Below, piece after piece: positions 1 through 13,171 of a stretch of 35,172 bases of DNA; position 1 is the first letter of the stretch, and each line of letters opens with the position of its first letter. The notes under the pieces were generated by a model. The model saw only the letters and a program-made list of their open reading frames with translations, was not told the DNA's origin and did not search any database. The position numbers and the translations under genes were made by a program. Source of the DNA: Octopus bimaculoides (taxonomy: Eukaryota). Location: assembly GCF_001194135.2 (NCBI RefSeq), contig NC_068983.1, positions 69,264,869-69,300,040 of the forward strand. The letters run 5' to 3'.

Positions 1-322
1 ACACACACACACATATATATATTTACATATATGTTATACATATCTATATACATACATATATATATATGTATACATATACGTATATATGTATATATATATG
101 TATCTACACATATATATATATTTGAATATGTAAATGTACAAATATTTATATATGTACATAAACACACACACTCACACACACACGAATAGACATAGGCACA
201 CAGGCACACACAGAGACATATATGTATGCAGATACATACATATATGTACAGCTATGTATACGCATATTAGCTTATATATTGCTATACACATATGTAAGTA
301 TATAAATTTATTCATACACACT

Positions 323-365
<43 letters not shown>

Positions 366-1235
366 NNNNNNNNNNTATATATATATATATGTATATACAC
401 ATATGATTATGTAATCATCCATGTAGAGATATGTATATGATCTCATGTATGATGGTACGTGTCTGATATGTGTATGCCTATAGATTCTATATATATGCAT
501 ATACATTCATATATGGGTTTGTGTGTGTTTATGTGTATGTGTCTGTGAGTGCGCGCGTGTGTGTATATGCGTGCGTATGCCTGCACATGTATGTGCGTAT
601 ATAGTCATGTTTGCTCATAATCATGTGTACATAACTGATATACTCGTGTATTCATGTGCATCGTATATAGACATACGTACGCGCATATATGTATTATGAA
701 GCGCCGGTGTTAAAACGGGGGTAGCTGATGAAGGAGAATGTTCTCTATGTGGCTTGTGTGTTTTCTCGTCTACGTTTTGTTTGCAATGTCCTGTACCCAG
801 ATATGCACCTAGACATACAGGTGGATGTTGGTATGCACATACCTGTACGTATATATGCATATACTCATTTACTATTTGTTTATATATATATATATATATA
901 TATATNNNNNNNNNNNNNNNNNNNNNNNNNNNNNNNNNNNNNNNNNNNNNNNNNNNNNNNNNNNNNNNNNNNNNNNNNNNNNNNNNNNNNNNNNNNNNNN
1001 NNNNNNNNNNNNNNNNNNNNNNNNNNNNNNNNNNNNNNNNNNNNNNNNNNNNNNNNNNNNNNNNNNNNNNNNNNNNNNNNNNNNNNNNNNNNNNNNNNNN
1101 NNNNNNNNNNNNNNNNNNNNNNNNNNNNNNNNNNNNNNNNNNNNNNNNNNNNNNNNNNNNNNNNNNNNNNNNNNNNNNNNNNNNNNNNNNNNNNNNNNNN
1201 NNNNNNNNNNNNNNNNNNNNNNNNNNNNNNNNNNN

Positions 1236-1274
<39 letters not shown>

Positions 1275-1447
1275 GCACTCATACATACATACATACATAC
1301 ATATATATATGCAGTTCGAGTTTACAAAAAATACTTACGTGCGCACATACCCACAGGCATATATTTATTATGTATATATGTATATACATATATATACACA
1401 TGAATATATATATATATATACACACACACACTCATATATGTATGTAT

Positions 1448-1765
1448 ATAGTTCGAATTTGCAAAAAAAGCGAAGACAGGTGTAGGAACAACAAGTAGAT
1501 GCATCAGTTTTACAGAAAGGAATAATATTTTAATATTTATTACTTTGTACTTTTTAAATTTTCATTATAGGTCTTTTTATTGTATTTACTTATTAAATTT
1601 TTCTATATGTGAATGTGGATTTTCATGGATGAATTCAATTATTGTGGTTTTTGTCTCTAAATTATATATTTATACATTATATATTTTGAAATTTAATTTA
1701 ATTTTAATTCTGATAAATTAAATTGAATTTTTCCCTGTAAATTTGGATTTTTGTCCCTAATATTA
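1448..1765. repeat. Fragment of an interspersed repeat, possibly the terminal region of a Penelope-like element
   Basis: Its start motif (AGTTCGAATTTGCAAAAAA) recurs at 1311-1338 and 6393-6420. The reverse complement of its end (TAATATTAGGGACAAAAATCCAAATTTACAG) recurs near 31484-31525. The Penelope assignment is recollection only. Confidence 0.35.
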
Positions 1766-1799
1766 TTATCATTATTATATATATTCCCTTTTCTCTCTT

Positions 1800-2005
1800 T
1801 CTCTTTCGCTTGTTTCAGTCATTTGACTGCGGCCATGCTGGAGCACCGCCTTTTAGTCGAGCCAATCGACCCCAGCACTTATTCTCTGGAAGCCTGGTAC
1901 TTATTCTATCAGTCTATTTTGCCGAACCACTAAGTAACGGGGACGTAAACACACCAGCATCGGTTGTCAAGTGATGTTGGGGGTACAAACACAGACACAC
2001 AAACA
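1800..2005 (-). mobile_element. SINE family B, 3' part
   Basis: Close reverse-complement match to 13172-13355 (e.g. GGGGACGTAAACACACCAGCATC). Resembles octopus tRNA-derived SINEs (recollection); strand is assigned from that recollection. Confidence 0.75.
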
Positions 2006-2198
2006 TATATACATTTATATATATATATAGAGAGAGAGAGAGAGGGGAGACAAACTGATAGAAACAGCAGGAGATACATACATACATACATATTAAATAT
2101 TTCGATGGATATGCTTTATACATGCAGATATATACATATATGATTATTAATATTAGAAATGATCTAATTATAAATCTCAGAGAGAATGAAGCAGCAGT

Positions 2199-2312
2199 AT
2201 TACGATAAAACAGTTGTATACTGTCAACTTAATGTGACAGTCCCAATAAGGGGACTGTCCCTAATTGCGACAGTCACATTAAGTTGACAGTATACAACTG
2301 CTTTATATTAAT
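2199..2312. repeat. Imperfect ~114 bp palindrome (MITE-like foldback)
   Basis: CAGTTGTATACTGTCAACTTAATGTGAC (2211-2238) is exactly inverted at 2273-2300. Inner and outer arms pair with a few mismatches around the centre GGGAC-T-GTCCC at 2256. Confidence 0.9.
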
Positions 2313-2353
2313 ATTGAAATTGAGAATGTGTCTCACATTGTTTTTGATATTTC

Positions 2354-2530
2354 TTAGTGCGGTATTTTGTCTATCTTTACGTTCTGAGTTCAAATTTCAC
2401 TAATGTTAACTTTGCCCTTCATCTTTCCGGGGTCGATATATTAAATACCAGTTGAGTAATGAGGTCGATCTAATCGACTGGCCCCTCCCCCAACATTTTG
2501 GGCCTTGTGCCTAGAGGAGAAAAGGATATT
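2354..2530 (+). mobile_element. tRNA-derived SINE family A, 5'-truncated
   Basis: B-box-like GAGTTCAAATT, then the shared body GGGGTCGAT...GGTCGATCTAATCGACT...GGCCTTGTGCCTAG also seen at 5851, 11396 and 15900. Confidence 0.8.
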
Positions 2531-2646
2531 TCTACTAAGTACGCTATGTTTGTATGTTTGTATGTATGTATGTATGTATGTATGTTTGCATGTGTATATG
2601 TGTGTACGTATGTATGTGTACATCTATCTATCCATCTATCTATTTG

Positions 2647-2703
<57 letters not shown>

Positions 2704-2754
2704 TTACCTATCTATACTAATACATTTGCGCCCATGTATGTATATAGGTCTATT

Positions 2755-2803
<49 letters not shown>

Positions 2804-3589
2804 NNNNNNNNNNNNNNNNNNNNNNNNNNNNNNNNNNNNNNNNNNNNNNNNNNNNNNNNNNNNNNNNNNNNNNNNNNNNNNNNNNNNNNNNNNNNNNNNN
2901 NNNNNNNNNNNNNNNNNNNNNNNNNNNNNNNNNNNNNNNNNNNNNNNNNNNNNNNNNNNNNNNNNNNNNNNNNNNNNNNNNNNNNNNNNNNNNNNNNNNN
3001 NNNNNNNNNNNNNNNNNNNNNNNNNNNNNNNNNNNNNNNNNNNNNNNNNNNNNNNNNNNNNNNNNNNNNNNNNNNNNNNNNNNNNNNNNNNNNNNNNNNN
3101 NNNNNNNNNNNNNNNNNNNNNNNNNNNNNNNNNNNNNNNNNNNNNNNNNNNNNNNNNNNNNNNNNNNNNNNNNNNNNNNNNNNNNNNNNNNNNNNNTATA
3201 TATATATAATGCATGTACATATTTGTTACATATACATATGTAAATGCTAATATATATACCCATTTAAATACATATACATATAGTCTTGACATGTATGTGC
3301 ACAAATAAGTTCATGCCATAATTGTATATGTATATATACACAAGTGTGTAAGTGAGTACAAGTGTACACACACACACATACACACACATATATAAACATA
3401 CATATTTATATTTGCACCTATACATACACACGCCCATATACATTTTTCTTTTATCCTTGACTAAAATCTCGAAACTAGGATCGACATGTACGTGTAAAAT
3501 TCTTCAAGGTGAGGCACCACCTTAAAGGATTTTATACGTTCGTATCGATCTTAGTATTTATCTTAGGGAACTCTTATTCTGAATCGAAG

Positions 3590-3960
3590 AAAACATACCA
3601 ACACCTGTTGTTAATCACTGGTGGATAACAACCAGAAACACAAACACACACACACACACACACGCACACACACAAAACACATACACACACACTAAACACA
3701 TACACACACATAAAAATGCACATACATGAAACACACACAAACACATAAAAACGCACATGCATACACACACATAAACGCAACAGGCGTGCCCATCCATGCA
3801 CATGTTTGTAGGACGGGATTCTATCAGTTTCCGTCTATGAATTTCTTTCACAAGGGTTCGGTCGGTCCAAGGGTATTGTAGAAGATACTGCCCACAGTGC
3901 TATTCACTGGGAATGAACGTGAAGGCATAGAGTTGGGAATCAATCTCTTGGCATAGAGTC
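3590..3960 (-). mobile_element. Old, diverged SINE family B copy with an internal (CA)n tract
   Basis: 3595-3660 resembles 1950-2005. 3810-3960 (TCAGTTTCCGTCTA...CACAAGG...GGTCGG...GTAGAAGATACTGCCC) resembles the reversed head region as I recall it. Confidence 0.45.
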
Positions 3961-4103
3961 ACATGTGCGCCTGTTTGTATATGTTCATGTTTCCACTATC
4001 ACAAACACACACGGACACAAACTCTCTCTCTCTCTCTCTCTCTGTCTTTGTCGCTCTCTCTGTCTGTCTTTGTCTCTCTTTCTCTTTGTCTATCTATCTC
4101 ACA

Positions 4104-4154
<51 letters not shown>

Positions 4155-4240
4155 TACACAAACGCACGATTTTGCACGTACATGCATATCTTGTCTACAG
4201 ACTACATCTGTTTATGTACACAATGAATAAATTGTGTCTG

Positions 4241-4271
<31 letters not shown>

Positions 4272-4543
4272 GGATATAGATATAGATATAGATATATATT
4301 GATTTGAATTGAACTAGTTTCCACTCAATGCTAAGTATTGTTACAATACAAAAGTATTCTTCTCCAGCGACTGCTATTTCCAGCAAACATTGATACCTTG
4401 TGCCACTATTTCCTATATCTATTATTTTGTGTTTATACATGTGTGAATATATGTATAATTGTATATATAAAAGTATATATATATTATATATATATATTTA
4501 TGTGTGTATACATATATCTATGTATATATATATGTATGTATAC

Positions 4544-4579
<36 letters not shown>

Positions 4580-4642
4580 GTATATATATATATATCTATA
4601 TATATGTATCCATATATTTCTATATATATATACATATATATC

Positions 4643-4689
<47 letters not shown>

Positions 4690-4725
4690 TTATAAATATA
4701 TTTCTACATATATATGTATGTATAA

Positions 4726-4767
<42 letters not shown>

Positions 4768-4907
4768 TTAATTTCATATATTAATGCTATGATATCTATA
4801 TCAATATCAGTATCAATATACATATGCTCGTGTGTGTGTGAGTGTGTGTGTATGTGTGTGTGTGCATACATTCTTATGTGTCTACTTATATAGAGTTAAA
4901 AATTGAT

Positions 4908-4957
<50 letters not shown>

Positions 4958-5177
4958 ACACTCACATTCTTCCAAATCGTATATTATTTTGCTTTTACCA
5001 CATGCTTCTTGCTGAATGTACTGATACGAATTCGATATTATACCTTATAAACGCTTTTCGATTTAAAGAATAACAAAAACTGCCATTGGGCTACAAGTTA
5101 ACCACCTTCATAAGGTGTTGATGTGAGATATGCATAAGTATTAACTATCTCCTGCCGGTTTTGTCTCCCGTACATAC

Positions 5178-5221
<44 letters not shown>

Positions 5222-5354
5222 ACACATATATTTATATATGTATATATACATATATACCCACAGTTAGATGGACATATACCATCATATATTTATATACTTT
5301 ATATAATCATAAGCACATATATGTGCATGTATATTTAGCTATCTATTTATATGG

Positions 5355-5407
<53 letters not shown>

Positions 5408-5417
5408 NNNNNNNNNN

Positions 5418-5458
<41 letters not shown>

Positions 5459-5641
5459 TATGTATGTATATATAAATGCATATATATATATATATACATA
5501 TATATAAATAGATAGATAGATATGTAGAATTATATATACACACACATATAAACTTATATTTACGTGTGTATAAATACATATATATATACATATACATATA
5601 TTATTTCTAATGTATATATCTATACACATAACATAGTACAC

Positions 5642-5684
<43 letters not shown>

Positions 5685-5850
5685 TATGTGTGTGTGTGTG
5701 TGTATGTTTATATATATATATATATATACACACACACTCCTATATATTGAGACAGAGTTTCGTTGAGACATTTGAGATGCGCGTGCATAAGAAAGGTGTC
5801 ACGTGTCATAGATATAAAAATGCTCGTTCAGCTTCGATATATATTGTATT

Positions 5851-5983
5851 TCTTTACGTTCTAAGTTAAAATTATGCCGAGGTCTATATATTAAGTACGA
5901 GTTGAGTATTGGGGGTCGATCTAATCGACTGCCCCCCACCCCCCAAAGTTTCGGGCCTTGTGCCTAGTGCAGAAAAGGAGATA
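5851..5983 (+). mobile_element. SINE family A fragment with an internal deletion
   Basis: Matches 2375-2530: CTTTACGTTCT..GTT..., GGTCGATCTAATCGACTG, GGGCCTTGTGCCTAG. Confidence 0.8.
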
Positions 5984-6287
5984 TGTACTATTTCTAAAAC
6001 GTCTCTGAAGATATTTTGTCTCAGACAAAATTCACAGCAATTAGTCTTTTACGTTTTTGCTCATAATCGTGTATTTATATGCATCGTATATAGACATACG
6101 TACGCACATATATGTATTATGTATGTATATATATACACATGTATATAGAGGTTATGAGAGGTAATGGTGACAATAAGACCCAAAGGTGTCAGATAATGGT
6201 GAGTAAGTGCCATGGACTTATAGTTAAGCTCCAGGTTCGGTGATTATGCGACTGAGTAGTCCAATGTAGGTCATATATCAGCATGTG

Positions 6288-6319
<32 letters not shown>

Positions 6320-6349
6320 CACACATACATACATACATACATACATACA

Positions 6350-6383
<34 letters not shown>

Positions 6384-7167
6384 CATATATATGTAGTTCG
6401 AGTTTACAAAAAATACATACAATTGAGCTCTATCATTTAAGCTTAATTAAAATATAATTTCTTTTTAAAATAAAAAAGTGAATCCAATTTTTTGCCTGAC
6501 ATATATATTTTTTCATATTTTACCTCACAACTTTTTTGATACACATTTTTGTTGCATGGGACCAAAACTATGAAATTCTTCATGCTTTCTTCTATCACTG
6601 AAGCTAAGATAAATATATTTTGCTTTTAAAATAAAAAAGTTATTTAGATCTAAACCTGATTGGAGGCATTATTTACTCTCCTATAACGTTGCTACAAATT
6701 TTGATGTAAACTTTTATCTACTGGATCAAATCTCAATTTCTTTATGCCAAAATGTAGCTAGGGATCAGTACTCTTCAAAAAGGTTAACAGTTTTCAGTTT
6801 GGTTAAGAACGGAATTAGCGACAAGCTCTGAAATTTGCTGCGTGTGAGTAAATATATATATATTTATANNNNNNNNNNNNNNNNNNNNNNNNNNNNNNNN
6901 NNNNNNNNNNNNNNNNNNNNNNNNNNNNNNNNNNNNNNNNNNNNNNNNNNNNNNNNNNNNNNNNNNNNNNNNNNNNNNNNNNNNNNNNNNNNNNNNNNNN
7001 NNNNNNNNNNNNNNNNNNNNNNNNNNNNNNNNNNNNNNNNNNNNNNNNNNNNNNNNNNNNNNNNNNNNNNNNNNNNNNNNNNNNNNNNNNNNNNNNNNNN
7101 NNNNNNNNNNNNNNNNNNNNNNNNNNNNNNNNNNNNNNNNNNNNNNNNNNNNNNNNNNNNNNNNNNN

Positions 7168-7204
<37 letters not shown>

Positions 7205-7241
7205 CACACGCACACACAACCATATATATATATATATATAT

Positions 7242-7272
<31 letters not shown>

Positions 7273-7344
7273 TAAATAGATAGATAGACAGACAGACAGA
7301 CAGATAGACATAGGCGTAAGGATGAGCATCCAAAAACAGATGAT

Positions 7345-8060
7345 CAATAAGTTTAGCAATTATTTTAGTATATCGCAATGCAAAAACATACATAACGACA
7401 GAAAGGTGCATTCCAGGAATTTTGAGACACCGAAGTACAAAATTCTAACTTCTTTCAAACTAGTATTCTCTGAATTCAATGCTCTTGATATATAGCTCGA
7501 GCTATGAACACCCCATGGAAGGACTCCACAACAAAGATGTCCGGGACCCTTGTCACCGCTTCCATCTTTAGAACGATTGCTTTTGTGGTTCACCTTCAGC
7601 ATAGGGAAGAATCAGAATTGACAGGGAGCAATATCTGAACTGTAGGGAGGTTGAGGGAGAGTTTTGATGCACATCTCTGTCAAATACCAGGATGTCTTAG
7701 TGTAGATTGTTTTAGTGCAGGTGCTCTGGTCTTTTGAGACAAAATCTCTGAACTTCCACCAAACCGCCACAGAGTACTCTTTGTTAGCCAGCTGACCACA
7801 GGGAGCCCTATGGATGTAGATGATTTTGTTGCTGCTGATAGATTTTTTTAGCCTTGCCTCTTGTGCTAGAGAGAAACATGATCGGCTCATACAAGTTAAT
7901 CCATAAGCTGTCTGGAACATTTCATATGTTTCTGCAGCGTTTTTGCTAAGTTTAACACGAAACTTTGCTGTCTTCATGTCTCGACTACTTTCTGCAAACT
8001 AGTCAGCTGTGACCAGCAGTGCTTAGTAGGGTGTGTTCAAAGCATTGTTACATCCGTCCC
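7345..8060 (-). mobile_element. Internally deleted mariner transposase remnant
   Basis: ORF 7612-7977(-) has the N-terminal HTH segment KFRVKLSKNAAETYEMFQTAYG..MSRS, the segment IHRAPCGQLANKEY, and LPQPPYSSDIAPC (the mariner YSPDLAPxD motif). The middle of the transposase is missing. Confidence 0.8.
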
Positions 8061-8105
8061 CTACAATCTGGAATAACAAATGTTGGCAAGTCAATTTATT
8101 AGATG

Positions 8106-8311
8106 TAGGAGGGGTGTTGGAAAGTTCCTGGCTTTTGAGTAAAAGAAAATACAGGTGGATCATTTAATCATGACATTATTCCACATATTCCCCTTTCAGA
8201 TTCACATGCTTATTGCAGCGGTCTTTCAGTTGTTTTCTAAGGAAGGTTGAGCCTCCAACCAAGCTTTTCACGATATCCTTAGAGCCAAGTACAATTTAGC
8301 ACCCTCTCATA
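8106..8311 (-). mobile_element. Mariner-derived MITE, copy 1 (inverted relative to 24510)
   Basis: Starts TAGGAGGGGTGTTGGAAAGTTCCTGGCTTT and ends with a decayed inverse (AGAGCCAAG...CACCCTCTCATA). The minus strand encodes RCNKHVNLKGEYVE*, a mariner C-terminus. Homologous along its length to 24510-24720. Confidence 0.85.
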
Positions 8312-8523
8312 TGGTAATGGTATATTAGAAGTACAATAACCTAGCACATTTATAACTACTTCTAGAAAAAAAAAAAGGGCTGAAAACTTTTGGAATCTCA
8401 TACAAATAAAACTAACACAAACAAACTAATTACCTAAATTAACATAACAGTGAAACTTTTCAATTCTACATCTATCACATTGGCCAAATCAGTTATATGG
8501 AGTCAGTTACTGATGAAAACATC

Positions 8524-8570
8524 ACTTGATCCTGAAGATGGGTTTGAAGACCTAGAAACGTTCAAGATGG
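8524..8570 (+). other. Degenerate minimal hammerhead-ribozyme-like motif
   Basis: CTGAAGA (8532-8538), stem II TGGGT/ACCTA with a 6-nt loop, then GAAACGT (8555-8561). Stem I is poorly formed. Confidence 0.35.
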
Positions 8571-9683
8571 GTTTGTTACATTTAATGTTCCAAGCAAACT
8601 GCGCGGATCTCGTGGTAAAGTAAGAAAAAAATATTTAAAAAAAAAAGGAAAAAGGAAAAGAAGAGCCAAAATCTTTCTTTAAAAATGAAGTAAACTAAAG
8701 TGCAGAATTGTTATCAAAACAACGCACACATACACACACAAGCATACATACGTACACGAATACACCCATGCAAAGAAAACACACACATAAGTATATATAT
8801 ATATNNNNNNNNNNNNNNNNNNNNNNNNNNNNNNNNNNNNNNNNNNNNNNNNNNNNNNNNNNNNNNNNNNNNNNNNNNNNNNNNNNNNNNNNNNNNNNNN
8901 NNNNNNNNNNNNNNNNNNNNNNNNNNNNNNNNNNNNNNNNNNNNNNNNNNNNNNNNNNNNNNNNNNNNNNNNNNNNNNNNNNNNNNNNNNNNNNNNNNNN
9001 NNNNNNNNNNNNNNNNNNNNNNNNNNNNNNNNNNNNNNNNNNNNNNNNNNNNNNNNNNNNNNNNNNNNNNNNNNNNNNNNNNNNNNNNNNNNNNNNNNNN
9101 NNNNNNNNNNNNNNNNNNNNNNNNNNNNNNNNNNNNNNNNNNNNNNNNNNNNNNNNNNNNNNNNNNNNNNNNNNNNNNNNNNNNNNNNNNNNNNNNNNNN
9201 NNNNNNNNNNNNNNNNNNNNNNNNNNNNNNNNNNNNNNNNNNNNNNNNNNNNNNNNNNNNNNNNNNNNNNNNNNNNNNNNNNNNNNNNNNNNNNNNNNNN
9301 NNNNNNNNNNNNNNNNNNNNNNNNNNNNNNNNNNNNNNNNNNNNNNNNNNNNNNNNNNNNNNNNNNNNNNNNNNNNNNNNNNNNNNNNNNNNNNNNNNNN
9401 NNNNNNNNNNNNNNNNNNNNNNNNNNNNNNNNNNNNNNNNNNNNNNNNNNNNNNNNNNNNNNNNNNNNNNNNNNNNNNNNNNNNNNNNNNNNNNNNNNNN
9501 NNNNNNNNNNNNNNNNNNNNNNNNNNNNNNNNNNNNNNNNNNNNNNNNNNNNNNNNNNNNNNNNNNNNNNNNNNNNNNNNNNNNNNNNNNNNNNNNNNNN
9601 NNNNNNNNNNNNNNNNNNNNNNNNNNNNNNNNNNNNNNNNNNNNNNNNNNNNNNNNNNNNNNNNNNNNNNNNNNNNNNNNNNN

Positions 9684-9733
<50 letters not shown>

Positions 9734-9797
9734 TATGTATGTAAGTTTTTTTGATTGTGTGTATAGCTGGGTGTATATGTCAGCGTGTGCACAAGCA

Positions 9798-9831
<34 letters not shown>

Positions 9832-9844
9832 TATACACATGCGT

Positions 9845-10462
9845 AATAATAGGTATGAAGCTGAAAATGTATCTTGGGTACTAGATTAGCAAACTCCTTA
9901 TTAATGAGCCATAAATGTCCTTTTTCTCTTGTATTTTTCTAAACACGTTCGTGTCCAGAGGACAGCTGATTTCCACAACAGAACATATCTTCTCCTTGTG
10001 AACCCTCACGACAATACCTGGTCAGTTGTGTTTTAAGTTGGCGGCTGCCTAATTTTTAAGATCCACCAGTATTCGTTTAACCCATTAGCCTCAATATAGT
10101 CAACTTTGTCTGTATAGTCTGCCTGGATAGTTCTGGCCTCATTGGAAGATAATATCTGGAAGATATTCTCCCGCAGTTGACAATAATGGGGTTGATGTCT
10201 TCATAGTTAGTCTTGTACAGCCTACATTTGTTATCTATCAACGTTTTCTGCCTCTTATGCTGTAAGTACTTGGTGGGGAACTCTTGTTCTTGAATTGCAT
10301 GGAGGTAACTTTCAAAGTGGGATGTCATAAAGTTGTCAGTACTCCATGCCAAGCTCTTGCTGTGGTTACTCCTTTCTACGGTTCGTGTTTTTCGTGCCAA
10401 GCACCCGTGTACTATCCTCTCAGTGAACTACTCCATTTTCTCCCTTTGTTCATCTGATAAAT
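9845..10462 (-). mobile_element. R4/Dong-like non-LTR retrotransposon fragment (lineage 1): zinc knuckle plus REL endonuclease
   Basis: ORF 10077-10400(-) reads HAIQEQEFPTKYLQHKRQKTLIDNKCRLYKTNYEDINPIIVNC. Downstream frames give KHN*PGIVV..KEKICSVVEISCPLDTNVFRKIQEKKDIYG. Near-identical in protein to 26242-26816. Confidence 0.85.
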
Positions 10463-10774
10463 GCATGCATGTATGTATTTATGTGTATATAGGTACACGC
10501 ATACACCAATACTGTCAAGTTACACGTACCGAACTTAATATACCAGTGGTGGTTGTGTACCCGTTTACTTGAAAAGTGTAATGACAATATCCGGAGCTTT
10601 GATGCAGGGGTAATTTTAAATATACGTTGTGGCCCGCTAATTTTGATACCAATAACCATTAAGAAATATTATCCGTAATCATAATTAGGAATTTTATGTA
10701 TGTGTGCAAGTACATACGCATGCAAGAATACAAGCAACTATGTATGTATGTATGTATGTATGTATGTATGTATG

Positions 10775-10808
<34 letters not shown>

Positions 10809-11395
10809 CGTTTGTATTTATGTGTTTGTATATATGTATATATATATACATACATTATATACATATATACATAATACATACATTATATATATATATATAT
10901 ATATANNNNNNNNNNNNNNNNNNNNNNNNNNNNNNNNNNNNNNNNNNNNNNNNNNNNNNNNNNNNNNNNNNNNNNNNNNNNNNNNNNNNNNNNNNNNNNN
11001 NNNNNNNNNNNNNNNNNNNNNNNNNNNNNNNNNNNNNNNNNNNNNNNNNNNNNNNNNNNNNNNNNNNNNNNNNNNNNNNNNNNNNNNNNNNNNNNNNNNN
11101 NNNNNNNNNNNNNNNNNNNNNNNNNNNNNNNNNNNNNNNNNNNNNNNNNNNNNNNNNNNNNNNNNNNNNNNNNNNNNNNNNNNNNNNNNNNNNNNNNNNN
11201 NNNNNNNNNNNNNNNNNNNNNNNNNNNNNNNNNNNNNNNNNNNNNNNNNNNNNNNNNNNNNNNNNNNNNNNNNNNNNNNNNNNNNNNNNNNNNNNNNNNN
11301 NNNNNNNNNNNNNNNNNNNNNNNNNNNNNNNNNNNNNNNNNNNNNNNNNNNNNNNNNNNNNNNNNNNNNNNNNNNNNNNNNNNNNNNGAAAACGT

Positions 11396-11452
11396 GAAGT
11401 CGATGTAATCGATTTACCCCTCCCTCGGAATTGCTGGCCTTGTGCCTAGAGT
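11396..11452 (+). mobile_element. SINE family A, short 3' fragment
   Basis: GTCGATGTAATCGA...GGCCTTGTGCCTAGA matches the other family A copies. Confidence 0.65.
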
Positions 11453-11660
11453 GGAATACACTTTAAAATTCATGATGACTGAGACTAAGTTTCGCCTGAT
11501 GGTTTATTTAAGTCTCATTGAATTAGACGTCTAAAAAACAGTCTCATTCAACACGGATTTTAATCTCTTTTATTTTTACTGTCTGTGTATCTAGCAATCT
11601 ATTTAGGTACATAGATAGATAAACTGACATATGTACGTATATACACAATCATGTCTATCC

Positions 11661-11728
<68 letters not shown>

Positions 11729-11919
11729 GGGTTAGTAGATAGATAGATATATTGACATTTATATACATCATCATGCATACGCACATAAACGCGCAAACAC
11801 ACGGGTGTGGTGAAACTATGGAACTACATACTTGGCATATGTGTACGAAATACGATGCTGGGGAATTCATGCCCCGTTCATTTGTGTCGATTCGAGACTG
11901 ATATCAGCACCAAACCGTT

Positions 11920-11971
<52 letters not shown>

Positions 11972-11996
11972 TCCACACACACAGACACACACGCAC

Positions 11997-12027
<31 letters not shown>

Positions 12028-12189
12028 ATGTATCTTTGGATGCATGCATCTTCGTGTATACTTATATACCTACATACACAGATAAATACATACATGCATA
12101 GATAAATATATACATGTATATATGTATATATAAGTGTGTGAGTATGTATTACATGCATGCATGCATGCATGTAAGAGTGTATGTATGTG

Positions 12190-12590
12190 TGCAAATTTCA
12201 ATCTTTTGTTTTATGCATGTATTCTCATGCATATATACTTGCATATCTAGACATGCTCGTATGTACAAAAATGATAAACTTCTGGAAAGTTTTACAGGCT
12301 TTTACAGTTCCAGTGATGGCTTGGATCTGTAGTCTTCGAATCAGCTTTCTACTATCAGGTTTTGAGAAGCCTAATTTCTCAAGATTAGTATTTAGGCAGC
12401 GTGTTACATATCTCAGTGTCCCAATATTTACAGGTATAAACCTGAACTGCAGATTTCTCAATAGTTCAGCGTAAGTATTCTCTTTTTCGTTGATCTTTAA
12501 GCTTTATGTTAACATCCGCTGGGCATCTGATTTCCACAATTGTACACAGTTTCTCTTCTCTATCCCAAACGTTTAATATTTTCCGGACAC
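12190..12590 (-). mobile_element. R4/Dong-like 3' end (REL C-terminus plus 3'UTR), a subfamily shared with 24046-24509
   Basis: Minus strand reads VWDREEKLCTIVEIRCPAD, then ORF 12225-12461 RNLQFRFIPVNIGTLRYVTRCLNTNLEKLGFSKPDSRKLIRRLQIQAITGTVKACKTFQKF. It matches 24046-24195, and the 3'UTRs are similar (CTAGACATG). Confidence 0.85.
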
Positions 12591-13171
12591 TATCTGGTTC
12601 CTCAAACAAGGCTTGTCTGCTGAATACTAGATAAAGTATTTAAATGCATACATGGCTGAAACAAATAAAATGTGTGTATATATATATATATNNNNNNNNN
12701 NNNNNNNNNNNNNNNNNNNNNNNNNNNNNNNNNNNNNNNNNNNNNNNNNNNNNNNNNNNNNNNNNNNNNNNNNNNNNNNNNNNNNNNNNNNNNNNNNNNN
12801 NNNNNNNNNNNNNNNNNNNNNNNNNNNNNNNNNNNNNNNNNNNNNNNNNNNNNNNNNNNNNNNNNNNNNNNNNNNNNNNNNNNNNNNNNNNNNNNNNNNN
12901 NNNNNNNNNNNNNNNNNNNNNNNNNNNNNNNNNNNNNNNNNNNNNNNNNNNNNNNNNNNNNNNNNNNNNNNNNNNNNNNNNNNNNNNNNNNNNNNNNNNN
13001 NNNNNNNNNNNNNNNNNNNNNNNNNNNNNNNNNNNNNNNNNNNNNNNNNNNNNNNNNNNNNNNNNNNNNNNNNNNNNNNNNNNNNNNNNNNNNNNNNNNN
13101 NNNNNNNNNNNNNNNNNNNNNNNNNNNNNNNNNNNNNNNNNNNNNNNNNNNNATATATATATATATATATA

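Noticed and set aside
10500-10690. Possible extra REL fragment (KAPDIVI on the minus strand)
   Set aside because: A single short motif with no supporting flanking motifs; it could be chance.
11470-11520. Hammerhead-like GAAAC-TTA-GTC on the minus strand (similar motif at ~5755-5770)
   Set aside because: No upstream CUGANGA core.
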